A stretch of 63,081 nucleotides of DNA, the filler included, from Deltaproteobacteria bacterium (GTDB lineage Bacteria; JAUYMQ01): the NCBI GenBank assembly GCA_030698575.1. It is 9 parts of 9 records of this genome, joined end to end, with 100 filler letters (N's around TTAATTAATTAA, not from the genome) between each part and the next. Parts side by side here need not be neighbours in the genome. Positions count along the whole stretch, not along the records: positions 44,858 to 56,404 come from JAUYMQ010000109.1; positions 56,505 to 59,062 come from JAUYMQ010000119.1; positions 59,163 to 63,081 come from JAUYMQ010000156.1; 6 more parts are not named here. One strand, 5' to 3'. The translations under genes were made by a program, and so were the position numbers. The notes beneath the pieces were generated by a model that had not been told where the DNA came from, ran no database searches, and saw only the letters and a list, made by a program, of their open reading frames with translations. Positions 49,873 through 60,786 of the stretch are shown here, piece after piece (the stretch's first letter is position 1; the number at the start of each line of letters is the position of its first letter).

Positions 49873-51792
49873 CTACGCCTGCCCGGCAGGCGGTGCGGGC
49901 CCGACACGGTCCTGCCAGGCGCAGAAAACGAGCAGGTTCCAGATGCGGGAGGCGTGATCGGCGCGACGATCCTGATGCTCGCGGAGCAGTTTGGAGACGG
50001 CTCCGGGCCGGAAGATTCCCCGGCGCCGGAGGCTGGGCTCACCGAGCAGATCGCCGACAAGGGGCCGCAGATCGCCCCGCAGCCACTCGGCGAGCGGAAT
50101 CTCGAAACCGCGCTTGGGACGGCGGCGCAGCGCCGGCGGAATCAGATCGGCGCAGGCGTCGATCAGGATGGCCTTTCGCCGCGTCCCCCGGAGCTTCCAT
50201 CGCGCCGGGATGGAGCGAGCCAGGGAAACCACCTCGGGCGCCAGGAATGGAACGCGTACCTCGAGCCCGTGGCGCATGCTCATGCGATCGACCTTGGCCA
50301 GCATGTCGGTGGGCAGCGTGTGGCGGAGATCCGCATCGAGCATCGCGCCGAGCACGTCAGGGGACGACGAGCTGCGACAGAGCGCGGCGAGCATCGCCTC
50401 CGGATCGGTTCCGGGATGAATCAGGCCGTCGTTCAGCAGATCACGTCGCCCACCGGCGTCGAACACCAGCATCCAGCTCACGTAGCGCGCCGCCGCGTCG
50501 TCCTGAAAGCGCGAGAGGAATTTGCGCAGGCGCCGCACCGACTCTCCCGCGAAGGTTCGGCGGTCCTCGGGAAGATTCCTGGCCATGCGCGCCAGCCCGA
50601 GGCGCAGCCCCTTCGGGAGTTGCGTATAGGGCCCGGCGAAGGTTTCGGCGACGTACTTCCAGTATCCCGCGAACAGCTCGTCGGCGCCGTCGCCCGAAAG
50701 GGCCACCTTGACCTGCGAGCGTGTGTGCCTGGCCAGCAGCGATGTCGGGATCGCGGAGCTGTCGGCGAAGGGCTCATCGATCTCGGAAAGGAAGGACTCC
50801 GCCTCCCCGAGTGCTTCGCGCGGGTCCAGCACGATCTCGGTGTGAAGCGTGCCGTGCATGCGCGCAGCCTCGCGCGCGGCCGCCCGCTCGTCGAAGGCGG
50901 GCTGCCCCTCGAATCCCACGCTGAAAGTGCGCAGCGGCCCTGACGACGCACGCGCTGCAAGCCCGACGACGATGGTCGAGTCGATCCCTCCGGAGAGGAA
51001 GGCGCCGGCGGGCACGTCGCCCCGGAGACGCAAGGCCACCGATCGATCGAGGGCCTCCCGGAGGCGCCGCTCCGCCTCGCGCCGATCGGCCGGCGCCTCA
51101 TCGGGATCGGGGGGCGACCAGTAGATTGATTCCTCAAGCTTCCCGCGCGCCACGCGCAGCAGCCGCCCCGGGCCGAGGCGCCGAACCCCACGCAGCATCG
51201 TCCAGGGCGCGGGCACTGCGTTCCAGGCCAGGTAGTGCGAAAGCGCTTCCGGATCGATCTCGCGCCGAACCTCCGGATCGCAAAGGAGCGCCGCAAGCTC
51301 CGATGCGAACAGGAATTCGCCGTCTGCCTCGGCGTAGAGGAGAGGCTTCTCACCGATCGGATCGCGCCCCAGAGTGAGGCTCGCGTCGCGGGCGTCCCAA
51401 ATCGCGAAAGCAAACATCCCGTCGACCCGGCGCAGGAACGCGCTCCCCTCCTCCTCCCATCCGTGGAGAAGCACCTCGGTGTCGGAGCGTGATCGGAACG
51501 GGTGGCGCGCGGCGAGCTCCCTCCGCAACGTCTCGTGGTTGTAGATCTCGCCGTTGAAGACGATCGTCAGCCGCCCGTCCTCGTTCGTCATCGGCTGGGC
51601 CCCGGCGGCGCTCAGATCGACGATTGAGAGACGGCGGTGACCGAGGCCCACGTGGGGATCACCCGGCCTGCGGGCACGGTTTATCCAGATCCCCTCGCCG
51701 TCGGGTCCGCGATGGGCCAGCGCGCGCGTCATCGCCTCGATGCGGCCGGGCTTCAGCAGGCGTCCGGAGATGATTCCGCTAATTCCGCACAT
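49873..51792 (-). CDS. asnB: Asparagine synthase-like glutamine amidotransferase
   Basis: MCGI, HRGPDG, FNGEIYN, LSGGIDS and SGDGADE motifs. Confidence 0.93.
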   Translation of the reverse strand: MCGISGIISGRLLKPGRIEAMTRALAHRGPDGEGIWINRARRPGDPHVGLGHRRLSIVDLSAAGAQPMTNEDGRLTIVFNGEIYNHETLRRELAARHPFRSRSDTEVLLHGWEEEGSAFLRRVDGMFAFAIWDARDASLTLGRDPIGEKPLLYAEADGEFLFASELAALLCDPEVRREIDPEALSHYLAWNAVPAPWTMLRGVRRLGPGRLLRVARGKLEESIYWSPPDPDEAPADRREAERRLREALDRSVALRLRGDVPAGAFLSGGIDSTIVVGLAARASSGPLRTFSVGFEGQPAFDERAAAREAARMHGTLHTEIVLDPREALGEAESFLSEIDEPFADSSAIPTSLLARHTRSQVKVALSGDGADELFAGYWKYVAETFAGPYTQLPKGLRLGLARMARNLPEDRRTFAGESVRRLRKFLSRFQDDAAARYVSWMLVFDAGGRRDLLNDGLIHPGTDPEAMLAALCRSSSSPDVLGAMLDADLRHTLPTDMLAKVDRMSMRHGLEVRVPFLAPEVVSLARSIPARWKLRGTRRKAILIDACADLIPPALRRRPKRGFEIPLAEWLRGDLRPLVGDLLGEPSLRRRGIFRPGAVSKLLREHQDRRADHASRIWNLLVFCAWQDRVGPAPPAGQA

Positions 51793-52918
51793 TCGCGCCT
51801 CCTCCCCGCCCATCGAGAAGTTCCCCGTACAAGGCGACGGTCCTGCGGATCATCTCCCCCGCGTCGAAGCGCGACTTGACGCAATCGCGCCCTTCCTTGC
51901 CGAGCCTGCGGGCCCACTCGGGGCGTCGCAGAAGGTCGAGCACGGCGAACGCCAGGGCCCGCGCGTCGCCCGGCGCGACAAGGACGCCGGTGCGGCCGTC
52001 CACGACCACCTCGGGGGTTCCCCCGACACTCGTGGCGACCACCGGGAGACCGCATGCCATCGCTTCCAGGGCCGACACGGGGACGCCCTCTTGCCAGCTT
52101 GGCAGCACGACGAGATCGCAGGCCGGAAGGATGCGATCGACGTCCGCGCGGCGCCCGCCGAACAGGACCCGGTCCGAAAGCCCCTGCCGGGCAACCGATT
52201 GCTCGACCGCGGGCCGAAGGGGCCCGTCCCCCAGCAGGAGAAGCTTCGCCGCGGGGGCGGCGTCGCGAAGGAAGCGCATCGCCGCGATGAGCACGTCGTG
52301 CCCCTTCTCCGGCCGGAAACCCGCAACAGCGCCGATGATCGGCCCCTCGATCTGGTCGCCGAGAACCGAGCGGGCGTAGGCGCGACCGCCACCCGGGCGG
52401 AATCGCTCGCAATCGACGCCGTTGCGAATCACGGTCACGCACTCGGGTTTCACTCCGCCGTGCAGGCGCAGCATCTCGGCCACCCGTTCGCCCACGGCGA
52501 TCACCCGATGGGCGGCCCGCAGCGACGCCCGGTTGGCGGCCGCGAGGACCGGTGACGAGGTCTCCCAGGTGAGCGTGTTGTGCTGCGTGTGCACGATGGC
52601 GGGAACGCCCGAAAGCCGCCCTAGCGCCCGGCCGAGCAGGCCGGCGTGGAAAAGATGCGTATGCACAAGGTCGAAGCGTGACTGGCGAATAAGCCGCCAC
52701 AGGCGCCGGAGCCCCCGGAGATCGCCCGCCCCCGTGATGCCAAGCGGCACCACACGGGCGCCCAGAGCAGTGAACTCGCTTGCCAGCGCGCCGCCCCCCT
52801 TCAGAAAAGCGACGGTGAGATCAAAATCATCCGCCATGCCACGGGCGAGCGAGAGGATCATCTGCTCGGCGCCGCCAGGCTCGAGGCATGTGGTGAGGTG
52901 GAGAAGGCGGGGCTTCAC
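51779..52918 (-). CDS. GT4 glycosyltransferase
   Basis: GGAE, NGVD and EGVPVSALEAMACG motifs. Confidence 0.9.
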   Translation of the reverse strand: MKPRLLHLTTCLEPGGAEQMILSLARGMADDFDLTVAFLKGGGALASEFTALGARVVPLGITGAGDLRGLRRLWRLIRQSRFDLVHTHLFHAGLLGRALGRLSGVPAIVHTQHNTLTWETSSPVLAAANRASLRAAHRVIAVGERVAEMLRLHGGVKPECVTVIRNGVDCERFRPGGGRAYARSVLGDQIEGPIIGAVAGFRPEKGHDVLIAAMRFLRDAAPAAKLLLLGDGPLRPAVEQSVARQGLSDRVLFGGRRADVDRILPACDLVVLPSWQEGVPVSALEAMACGLPVVATSVGGTPEVVVDGRTGVLVAPGDARALAFAVLDLLRRPEWARRLGKEGRDCVKSRFDAGEMIRRTVALYGELLDGRGGGANVRN

Positions 52919-53718
52919 GAGGCGCCCTCCGCCGGAGCCATTCGCCGCCGCCCGAGAAGCGCGGCGCCTGCGGCGCGCAAACCCGCGAGCGAGGCGCGCC
53001 CTGCCAACTGCCGCCCGAGCGGGGAGATCTTGAACTGGAACTCGCGCCACCCCGTGTGGCGGTAGATCCCGGTGCGCGGGAGCTCGAATACGTCCCCGCC
53101 GCGCGCGCCGGTGCGGCAGGCATGGGTGTACCCGGCCCGGTCCACCAGCGCGTTCACCCAGGGCGCCGTGCGCGAATGGGGATAGCAGAAAGCACTCACG
53201 CTCTTCCCGAGGCGCTCCTCGAGCCGCTCGCGGCTTCCGTGAATCTCCTCCCAGGCGCGATCCTGTTCGAGCCGGGTCAGGTCCGGATGGGAATGGGTGT
53301 GCGAGCCGAACTGCACGAGGCCCTCGCCGGCCATCTCCTCGACCATTTTCCAGGTGAGGGCCCGGCTCACGCCCGCCGCGAGACCCTCATCCCAGGGGAA
53401 GGCGCGGTCGGTGCCGACGTAGTCGAGCGTCAGAAAGATCGTCGCCGGAAGCCGCAACGCGCGCAGGACGGCGTAGGCGTTCTCGTAGTTGTCCCGGTAG
53501 CCATCGTCGAAGGTGATCACAGCGAGCGGGCGCGCCTCGTCGGCGGGCGCGCCGGCGGCATGGGATGCCGCCTCCTCCAGCGGAGCGACGCGGTAGCCCT
53601 GCTCGACCAGGTGGGTCATCTGGCGCCGGAATGCCGCCGTCGACACGCTGAGCGTGTCGGCGCGCCGGTCACTCACGCTGTGGTACTCGAGAATGAGCAT
53701 CGGAGGTCTCCTGGTCAT
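52915..53718 (-). CDS. Polysaccharide deacetylase
   Basis: ITFDDGYRD, GSHTHSH and FCYP motifs. Confidence 0.9.
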   Translation of the reverse strand: MTRRPPMLILEYHSVSDRRADTLSVSTAAFRRQMTHLVEQGYRVAPLEEAASHAAGAPADEARPLAVITFDDGYRDNYENAYAVLRALRLPATIFLTLDYVGTDRAFPWDEGLAAGVSRALTWKMVEEMAGEGLVQFGSHTHSHPDLTRLEQDRAWEEIHGSRERLEERLGKSVSAFCYPHSRTAPWVNALVDRAGYTHACRTGARGGDVFELPRTGIYRHTGWREFQFKISPLGRQLAGRASLAGLRAAGAALLGRRRMAPAEGAS

Positions 53719-54791
53719 GCCGCGGCACGTCGAATGACTTCCGCCAGCTTCGGCGCGGACACCTCCACGTCGTACTCCGCGACAACCGTCGCGCGCCCTT
53801 CCCGTCCGAGCTTTGCGCCGAGATCCCGGTCCCGGGCGAGCGAAAGCAGCGCCTCGGTCCACCGGGGCCCGCTGCCGGCGAGAATCCCGTTCACCCCGTC
53901 CTTCACGATGTCCCGGTTCGCGCCGATGGGGCTTGCGATGGCCGGCACCTCGCAGGCCATGTACTGGAGCAGCTTCGTGGCCGATTTTCCCCGCGACCAG
54001 GCATCGTCCGAGAGCGGCATGATCCCCGCGCCAAACGCCCGCACCTCCGCGACCTCGTCCGCCCCGGACCATGGGGGCGTCTCGACCCGAAGCGCGGGCG
54101 CCGCTCTGCGGAGCCTGTCCGGCAGCTTCGCGTCGGCGCCAACGGCGCGCAGGATGCAGGGGATCTCGCGCGCCACGGCATCGAGCGCCGGCGAGATCGC
54201 CTCGAGATATGCGGTCGTCCCGGGGCTTCCGATCCAGCCTATGACGAAGGGACTTCTCCCCGGGGGCGCCCCGGGTGTCCAGCGATTCGTATCAATCGAG
54301 GTGGGGATGACGGCGGCCTCGACGCCCAGTGAGGCGACTGCCTCGCGGAGGACGCCGTTGGCTACCACCACCTGCCGCGCGAAACGCACGAGTCCGGGGA
54401 GCTTCGCGCGATCCCAGAGGAGGCGGAAGGGCCAGGCCGGCGGACGCCCGGGCGGATGCAGATGGATCGGATCGTCAAGATCAAGAACGATGCGCGGGTT
54501 CACCCGCGCCATCGCTGATTCGATCCAGGGGTAGAGGTGCGCCACGAGATCACGCTGGATCACCACGGCGTCGAAGCGCCGCACGCGGGGGATGTCGACT
54601 ATCCGTCGGCAGGCGTGAAGGAGATGGAGGGCGGCGCGCAGTGGCGGCAGCGCGCTCGTCGCGTTCCCCAACGGGAGCGGCCAGACGCGGGCGTCGATGC
54701 CGAGGCGGGCCAGCGGGCGTACAAACTGGTAGGCCCTGAGCCGCGCGGAGGCCCCCCGGTCGTCGGTCTGTGTAAGGAACAGTACCTGCAT
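53715..54791 (-). CDS. GT4 glycosyltransferase
   Basis: GWIGS, GIMPL and KLLQYMAC motifs. Confidence 0.88.
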   Translation of the reverse strand: MQVLFLTQTDDRGASARLRAYQFVRPLARLGIDARVWPLPLGNATSALPPLRAALHLLHACRRIVDIPRVRRFDAVVIQRDLVAHLYPWIESAMARVNPRIVLDLDDPIHLHPPGRPPAWPFRLLWDRAKLPGLVRFARQVVVANGVLREAVASLGVEAAVIPTSIDTNRWTPGAPPGRSPFVIGWIGSPGTTAYLEAISPALDAVAREIPCILRAVGADAKLPDRLRRAAPALRVETPPWSGADEVAEVRAFGAGIMPLSDDAWSRGKSATKLLQYMACEVPAIASPIGANRDIVKDGVNGILAGSGPRWTEALLSLARDRDLGAKLGREGRATVVAEYDVEVSAPKLAEVIRRAAA

Positions 54792-54873
54792 CTTTCCCCC
54801 GGCCTGAATCTTCCCCTCGAACTGAATTCCCTGGATTCCCCATCCCCTTATCGGCGGCAGAGGCGGTGGGCCT

Positions 54874-55677
54874 TTAAGAATCCCCGGCGGTCGTGGCCGG
54901 CTTGCGCCCGACCATTCGGATCTCGGTCGTGAGCCTTGTCCGCCGGGCAAGGTGCCGCACCGCATTCGAGACGAAGCCCGTCCGGTCACCCCAGAGATAG
55001 ATCCGCTCCACCGCCTCGAGGCCGACGCGACCGCACAGCAAGCGGGTCAGGTTGTCCGCGCTGAAGTGGAACAGGTGCTCGGGCTTCGCCAGATTCGCCT
55101 CTCGCAACCCCTGCAGCTTGACCGCGAGCGAGCGCGTGTTCGGCACCGCCAGCCACAGCGATCCGCCGGGACGAAGAACGCGCGTCGCCTCCCGCAGCAC
55201 GGCGAGGGGGTCGGGCAGGTGTTCCACCGTGGACCAGAGCGTGACCACGTCGAAGCGGTTCGCCAGAAACGCGGCGGATTCCAGGGTGGCCGTACGGACG
55301 GGCAGCTGGCGCGTTTCACGGGCGAACGCTGCGGGCCAGGGCGAAGGCTCGACGCCTTCCACCCGCCATCCGCGCGCGCGCGCGGCCTCCAGGAACTGGC
55401 CGATGCCGCAGCCGACGTCGAGAAGCTCGCCCCGGGCCGTGCGCTTCTCGATGGCGTCGAGCCAGGCCTCGTAGCAGCCGGCGTTCGTGCGCTCCGCTTC
55501 CAGGTAGGGGTCGTAGTAGTCAGCTTCGTAGAAAGCCTCTGTTGCCTTCGCTGCCGGAAGCGGATGCGCGAAAATGAGGCCGCATCGCGCGCAACGGCTG
55601 AGGGACTTTTGATCCACCAGAGCGAAAGGTGAGGCCTCCCCCCCCTCACACACGATGCAGCGTGCGAGTTCAGGCAT
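54874..55677 (-). CDS. Class I SAM methyltransferase with N-terminal Zn ribbon
   Basis: CIVC...CARC, LLDVGCGIG and EHLPDP motifs. Confidence 0.88.
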   Translation of the reverse strand: MPELARCIVCEGGEASPFALVDQKSLSRCARCGLIFAHPLPAAKATEAFYEADYYDPYLEAERTNAGCYEAWLDAIEKRTARGELLDVGCGIGQFLEAARARGWRVEGVEPSPWPAAFARETRQLPVRTATLESAAFLANRFDVVTLWSTVEHLPDPLAVLREATRVLRPGGSLWLAVPNTRSLAVKLQGLREANLAKPEHLFHFSADNLTRLLCGRVGLEAVERIYLWGDRTGFVSNAVRHLARRTRLTTEIRMVGRKPATTAGDS

Positions 55678-56404
55678 GGCGTTCTCCTTCGGGCGCCGCC
55701 GCCTGTCCCTTGCCGCCACGGAGCTGCGAGATCGCCCAGTGAAGAACGCGGTAGGTTCGCGGGCGCAGGACGCGCTCGTACTCCCCGGCCAGCTCCACGT
55801 AGTCGCCGCCGAAACCGCTCTTGAAAAGATAATTCCCGTACAGCGGATGCTCCTTCGAGACCCGCCCGGCCACGCCTTCGAGGTCGTAGATCGCGCACCC
55901 CCTCTTCCGCGCCCAGCGCATCACTTCCCAGTGCAAAAGTTCGTTCGGATGAAGCTCGCGGCATCGCGGCAGGGATGCGCCGAACAGATAGTGGCAGCGC
56001 GACCCCGGCGCGATCGCCAGCATCCCGGAAAGCGGTTCGCCGTCCGGCGCCCGGCTCAGGAACACCCTGCCCCACCCCCCCTTGCCGCTCTCCTCCCAGA
56101 GCCCTCTCATGCGCCGTTCGGACAGCACTCTGAAACTGTTTCGATCGCCCGTCGCGCGGTACATGCTGTAGAACTGCGCGAAGTTCGACGGTCCGTTGGC
56201 TGAATCGATCCAGACGCCGCGCGTCGCGGCCCTCCGGATATGATAGCGCTTCAGCTTTTTTATCCGCCCGAGGATCACATCTTCCGTACCGGTAAGATCC
56301 ACTCGGAAAGTCGCGGTGTGCTGCCAGGGGCTTCCGTCCGCCCGCGCGTAGCCGAGCGATTCCATCCAGGCGCCCGCGCCGCTCTCGCGCCGGACATCCG
56401 GACT
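55670..56404 (-). CDS. FemAB/GNAT-like protein, 5' truncated
   Basis: RYHIRRA, YLFGAS, PNELLHWE and FKSGFGG motifs. Confidence 0.82.
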   Translation of the reverse strand, partial: SPDVRRESGAGAWMESLGYARADGSPWQHTATFRVDLTGTEDVILGRIKKLKRYHIRRAATRGVWIDSANGPSNFAQFYSMYRATGDRNSFRVLSERRMRGLWEESGKGGWGRVFLSRAPDGEPLSGMLAIAPGSRCHYLFGASLPRCRELHPNELLHWEVMRWARKRGCAIYDLEGVAGRVSKEHPLYGNYLFKSGFGGDYVELAGEYERVLRPRTYRVLHWAISQLRGGKGQAAAPEGERHA

Positions 56405-56504
56405 NNNNNNNNNNNNNNNNNNNNNNNNNNNNNNNNNNNNNNNNNNNNTTAATTAATTAANNNNNNNNNNNNNNNNNNNNNNNNNNNNNNNNNNNNNNNN
56501 NNNN

Positions 56505-57808
56505 CACCGGCCGCCGGGCGCCTCCTCCGACCAGGTTGCAGCGCGATTGTGTCGGTCGCCGGGCCGGTAGCACGCGACGAAGTCGTCGAGGTCCGGCCGA
56601 GTCATCGGGCGTTCCTTCAGCGTGAAGTGCTGGTTCGTCCGGAGGTCGTAAACCCAGACCGTCTTCGTCCACGGGGTCTCGCTTCCGGGCTTCCGGTCGA
56701 AGAAGAGCACGTTCGCCTTCACGCCCTGGGCGTAGAAGATCCCGGTTGGCAGGCGCAGGAGGGTATGCACCTCGCACTCGTGGAGTAGCTTGCGCCGCAC
56801 CGTCTCCCCGGCCCCGCCCTCGAAGAGCACGTTGTCGGGCACTACGATGGCCACCCGCCCATGCACCTTGACCAGGCTCTTGACGTGCTGGACGAAGTTG
56901 AGCTGCTTGTTGGAGGTGGTGGTCCAGAAGTCCGGACGGTTGTAGCTGATTGCCTGGCGGTCGGCCTGGCCTTCCTCGTTCACGATGGTGATGCTCGATT
57001 TCTTGCCGAACGGGGGATTCGTCATCACCACGTCGGCATGGGCGCCGGGCTCGGCGCGGAGCGCGTCGTCGGTGCGGATGGGCGGCTCGTGGGCGTCATC
57101 GTCCGGACCGATGCCGTGGAGGTACAGGTTCATGGCGCAGAGGCGGCTCACGCCGTCCACGAGCTCCACGCCGCGGAGGGCCTCGTAGCGCAGGTGACGC
57201 TTCTGGTCCCGGTCCAGCTCGTAGTGGCGGGCCATGTAATCGTGGGCGGCCAGGAGGAAACCACCGGTTCCGCATGCCGGGTCCACGACGACCTCGCCCG
57301 GCCTGGGCTGGAGACAGTCCACGATGGCCGCGATCAGCGCGCGCGGCGTGAAGTATTGGCCGGCCCCGCTCTTGGTGTCCTGGGCGTTCTTCTCGAGGAG
57401 CCCCTCGTAGGCGTCGCCCTTGACGTCCGACGACATCGTGGACCAGGTCTCCTTGCCGATCAGCTCTACCACGAGCTGGCGGAGCTTGGCCGGGTCCTGG
57501 ATCTTGTTCTGGGCCTTGCGGAAGACGAGGCCGAGCATGCCGCCCTGCTTGCCCAGCGTCTCGAGCGTTGCCCGGTAATGCGCCTCGAGCTTGACGCCCT
57601 CCATCTGCGGCGCCGCCAGGTCCGCCCAGCGGTAGCCCGCAGGAATCGGGTTCTCCCGGCCTTCCAGAGAGGCTCGCTCGTCGGCCATCTTGAGGAACAG
57701 GAGCGTGGTGAGCTGCTCGATGTAGTCCTGGTACGACAGGCCATCGTCCCGCAGGATGTTGCAGTACGACCATAGCTTCTGGACGATCTGGGCGGAGCCG
57801 TTGGCCAT
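56505..57808 (-). CDS. hsdM: Type I R-M methyltransferase subunit, 3' truncated
   Basis: GAGQYFTPR, DPACGTGGFL and NPPFG motifs. Confidence 0.95.
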
Positions 57809-58299
57809 GTCTAGATGCTCACGAGAGAGCGTCGAGCGCCTCGATGATGGCGTCGTCGCTCTCCGCATCCTTGAGCGGGCCGAAGAGGGCGTCCACCCTC
57901 GATCCGGGCCCTTGCCGCCGGCGAATCAGGGTCGGCTCCAAAGACCCAAACGGCTGAAGCTGAACCGCGCCCCAGAGGGCGGCATCCTCGGCACTCTGGC
58001 CGGCCTGATGCACTCCGCCTCCAGGCGTTGTATGGAGCTTGACGGGCGGAACCTAGCCAGCCCTGATGGGACGAACAGCCCGCCCCCCAGGTCGGGCACG
58101 ATCGCCCCGCTCGTCGCTACACCCAACACTCGATCGCCCGTACGTTCCGCTCCTCTCGCCACAGACTCCCTCTGGGTCCGTTATTTTACACGTAGACCGT
58201 GACACGTCGTCCGGCATTCCGACAGTCAGGTTCTGGATCAAGCGTGCCGAGGGCCATGGATTCTTCCACTTGGCCAGGTCCGGAGAGTAGAATTGACTC

Positions 58300-59062
58300 A
58301 TGGCAGGGTATCGCCTCAGCCTCATCATCGATGGCCGGCTCACCATCGAGCAGTTCAGGGACGCCGTGACGAGCTTCATCAGCGTCCTCCATAACGTCGA
58401 CGAAGGATTGACCGGCAGGCGGTCTGTACGGTGGAGGCTGTCCGGCCTCCACCATGGAAGCCCGGCGACCATGACGTGCATCGCTGAGGGTATCCGACGA
58501 AGGAAGGATCAGGGCCCGGACATGTCTCCTGTCGTGTGGGGAGGTGTAATCGAAGGCGTTCGGAGACTGGACCTCGGCAAGACGGAACGCCCGCCCGGTT
58601 TCAACGATGACGCCCTTGAAGCGATCAGGCGACTTGCACATCTGCGCAGCCGCAGGGACGTGACCTCCATTGCGATCACCGGTGAGAACAGCGACCAGAC
58701 CAAGCCTTCGACACGCCTATCGGTGACGCAGCGAGTCGCGGCGGCCGTTGATGATCTCATCGCGCCGAAGTCGTCAGCGCCAGGCTCAGTCGATGGTCGC
58801 TTGCAGGGAATCAACTCTCATGGCCGGTGGACCTTCACCGTTTACGAGAGCATCTGGGGCGGGCGAGTTGTGTGCGACCTGCCCGATGGACTGAGACCTC
58901 GCGCCTTTTCGCTGTTCGATCAGCGCGTCCTGGTGACCGGGATCGTCGCCAGAGATGCGGGCGGCCGTCCTAGACATGTCCGTGCCGAGAAGATCGAAGG
59001 GATGGGCGCTACGGCTGATCTACCCCAGTCCCTTCTTGGCCTTGATCCCGACTTCACCGGTA
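58300..59062 (+). CDS. Hypothetical protein with a probable C-terminal OB-like beta domain, 3' truncated
   Basis: GSVDGRLQGINSH...FTVYE...VVC...RVLVTGIV. Confidence 0.7.
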
Positions 59063-59162
59063 NNNNNNNNNNNNNNNNNNNNNNNNNNNNNNNNNNNNNN
59101 NNNNNNTTAATTAATTAANNNNNNNNNNNNNNNNNNNNNNNNNNNNNNNNNNNNNNNNNNNN

Positions 59163-60689
59163 ATGGTTTATGGCTCTCGCAGTGCTGCCGCGGTCGAGGC
59201 CCTGTACCTCGGAGGCAATCTTTTGAATCGCGTGTTCGAACTGCTTCATGCCATCCTGTTCGCTTGTCAGCAGCGAAATAGCGAGCGGACGGATTTCATC
59301 CGGCAGCTTCTTTTGCACCTCCCTGAGGGCTGCATCCTTCATCGAAGTGACGAGCACCCGTTTACCTTCGGCAAGGTAGTGGCAGATGACGTTGGCGATG
59401 GTGTGCGTCTTGCCCGTGCCAGGGGGACCCTGCACGACGACGCCATCGGAAATATCCAAGAGCTGCACGATGCGGAACTGCTCGTCGTTGAAAGGTTTCG
59501 GGAAGTAGATGTCGCGCGCCTTCTTGCCGCTCGTGCTGCCCTGCGAATGGTATGAGGCGGAGACACCACGGAAAGTTGGCAGTTCGACGACCGGGTTGGA
59601 CGTGTCTGGGTCGGTCACGACCGCAGCCACTGCAGGCGGGTAGGACTCGGCTTCTTCGGCTCGTTTCTTCAGCTTTTCCAGGTCCTGCAGAAACAGGCTG
59701 TTGGTGCGCGGACGCGCAAAGAGCACCCACGTGTCGGTGACTTTGAGCTTGTCGTCGGACCTGGGTAGCGTCCGGTCGTCAGCCGACACTTCGTTTGGCC
59801 AGTAGATGCCGTTCGCGTCGAGGTTGGAAGCCGCCGTGCGAAGCAAAGGCTCGAAGGTGCCGCGGTCGAACGGCGAATAGGTTGTCGTAGCCTTCCCGAA
59901 GAACTCCTTCGCCGCCTTCTCCAGGTCGGCAACGCCAGGGTTATCGACGGATGCGTACCAGTCGACCTCGATGCGAGCATCGACATCGCGAGGGCGGATT
60001 TCCACTTCGGCCGTCACAGGGTTGAGCGACATTTCGGCCAGCCGTCCTACCAGCGGATAGCTCACGGTGGCGCCATCGGAGTTCCAGATGCCGAGGCCCA
60101 CGCCCCAGACGAGCTCGAGTTGCGCTTCGACGATGCCGCCCTCGAGCTGCTGCTTGAGCGTGAAGAGCTGGGAGTAAAGGCGGATGGTCTTGCGGCGGAG
60201 TTTCTCTTCCCCGGCCCAGGGGCGCCACTTCGTGTCGAGGTAGGTGGCGAACTGGGCCTTGACCAGGGCACACCTGTCGTAGTCGGAGAGCATGACAGTC
60301 GTCTCGGGGGCGATGACAGGTTTGCCTTGATCCGGTGGACTTGCCGATGAACTATGCGTGCCCTCTGCAATCAGGCTTGCGCCGTCCGTGGCCTCGCGCA
60401 GCCGCGGCTCTTCCGTTGGCGCCTGCGTCATCTGCACCCACGGCCGCAGTACCGCGCTGGCAATATCCGGTGGCCTTATCTCGTGCAGCCGCTCAACGGC
60501 AAGCCAAATCTCGTCCTCGCTCTCCGGGCCGTTGACGTTAATGCGGATGCCAGGCAGTCCTTGGATCTCGTGCTCATAGAGTGCGAAGAGACCGTGTGCG
60601 GCCACGGTAGCGGCTGGCTTGCCCCGTAGCCGCGCGGACTGCTGAGAGAATTCGATAAGGGAGAGAAGCCGATTTCTTTCGACGCTCAT
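59163..60689 (-). CDS. Large SF1 (DNA2/Upf1-like) AAA helicase, 3' truncated
   Basis: FPKPFNDEQ, VQGPPGTGKTHTIAN and GKRVLVTS motifs. Confidence 0.88.
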
Positions 60690-60764
60690 GAGGCTTCCCC
60701 TGTCATTGGCCGGAGCTTTCATACCATCGCATTCTTGTCTGCGCCCTCATCGCGCGTCAGGTGC

Positions 60765-60786
60765 GCCTAACAATAAATGGACAGAA
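60765..60786 (-). other. Integron attI-like recombination site (tentative)
   Basis: Minus strand TTCTGTCCATTTATT-GTTAGGC (GTTRRRY core), about 75 nt upstream of the helicase start. Confidence 0.35.

Noticed and set aside
48622-50943. Long antisense ORFs (also 37064-38737, 53056-54534, 2060-3214 and the 5' part of 8032-10011)
   Set aside because: Shadow frames of real genes in high-GC DNA with no recognisable motifs
49873-51792. AsnB as a lasso peptide cyclase
   Set aside because: It has an intact N-terminal Cys glutaminase domain and sits among glycosyltransferases; no precursor or B protein is visible
57819-58301. Short minus-strand ORFs upstream of hsdM as real genes
   Set aside because: Fragmented across frames with no recognisable domain; at most a decayed remnant
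56505-60689. hsdM, hypothetical protein and SF1 helicase as one defence system
   Set aside because: A linker at 59063-59162 separates them, so adjacency is not evidence
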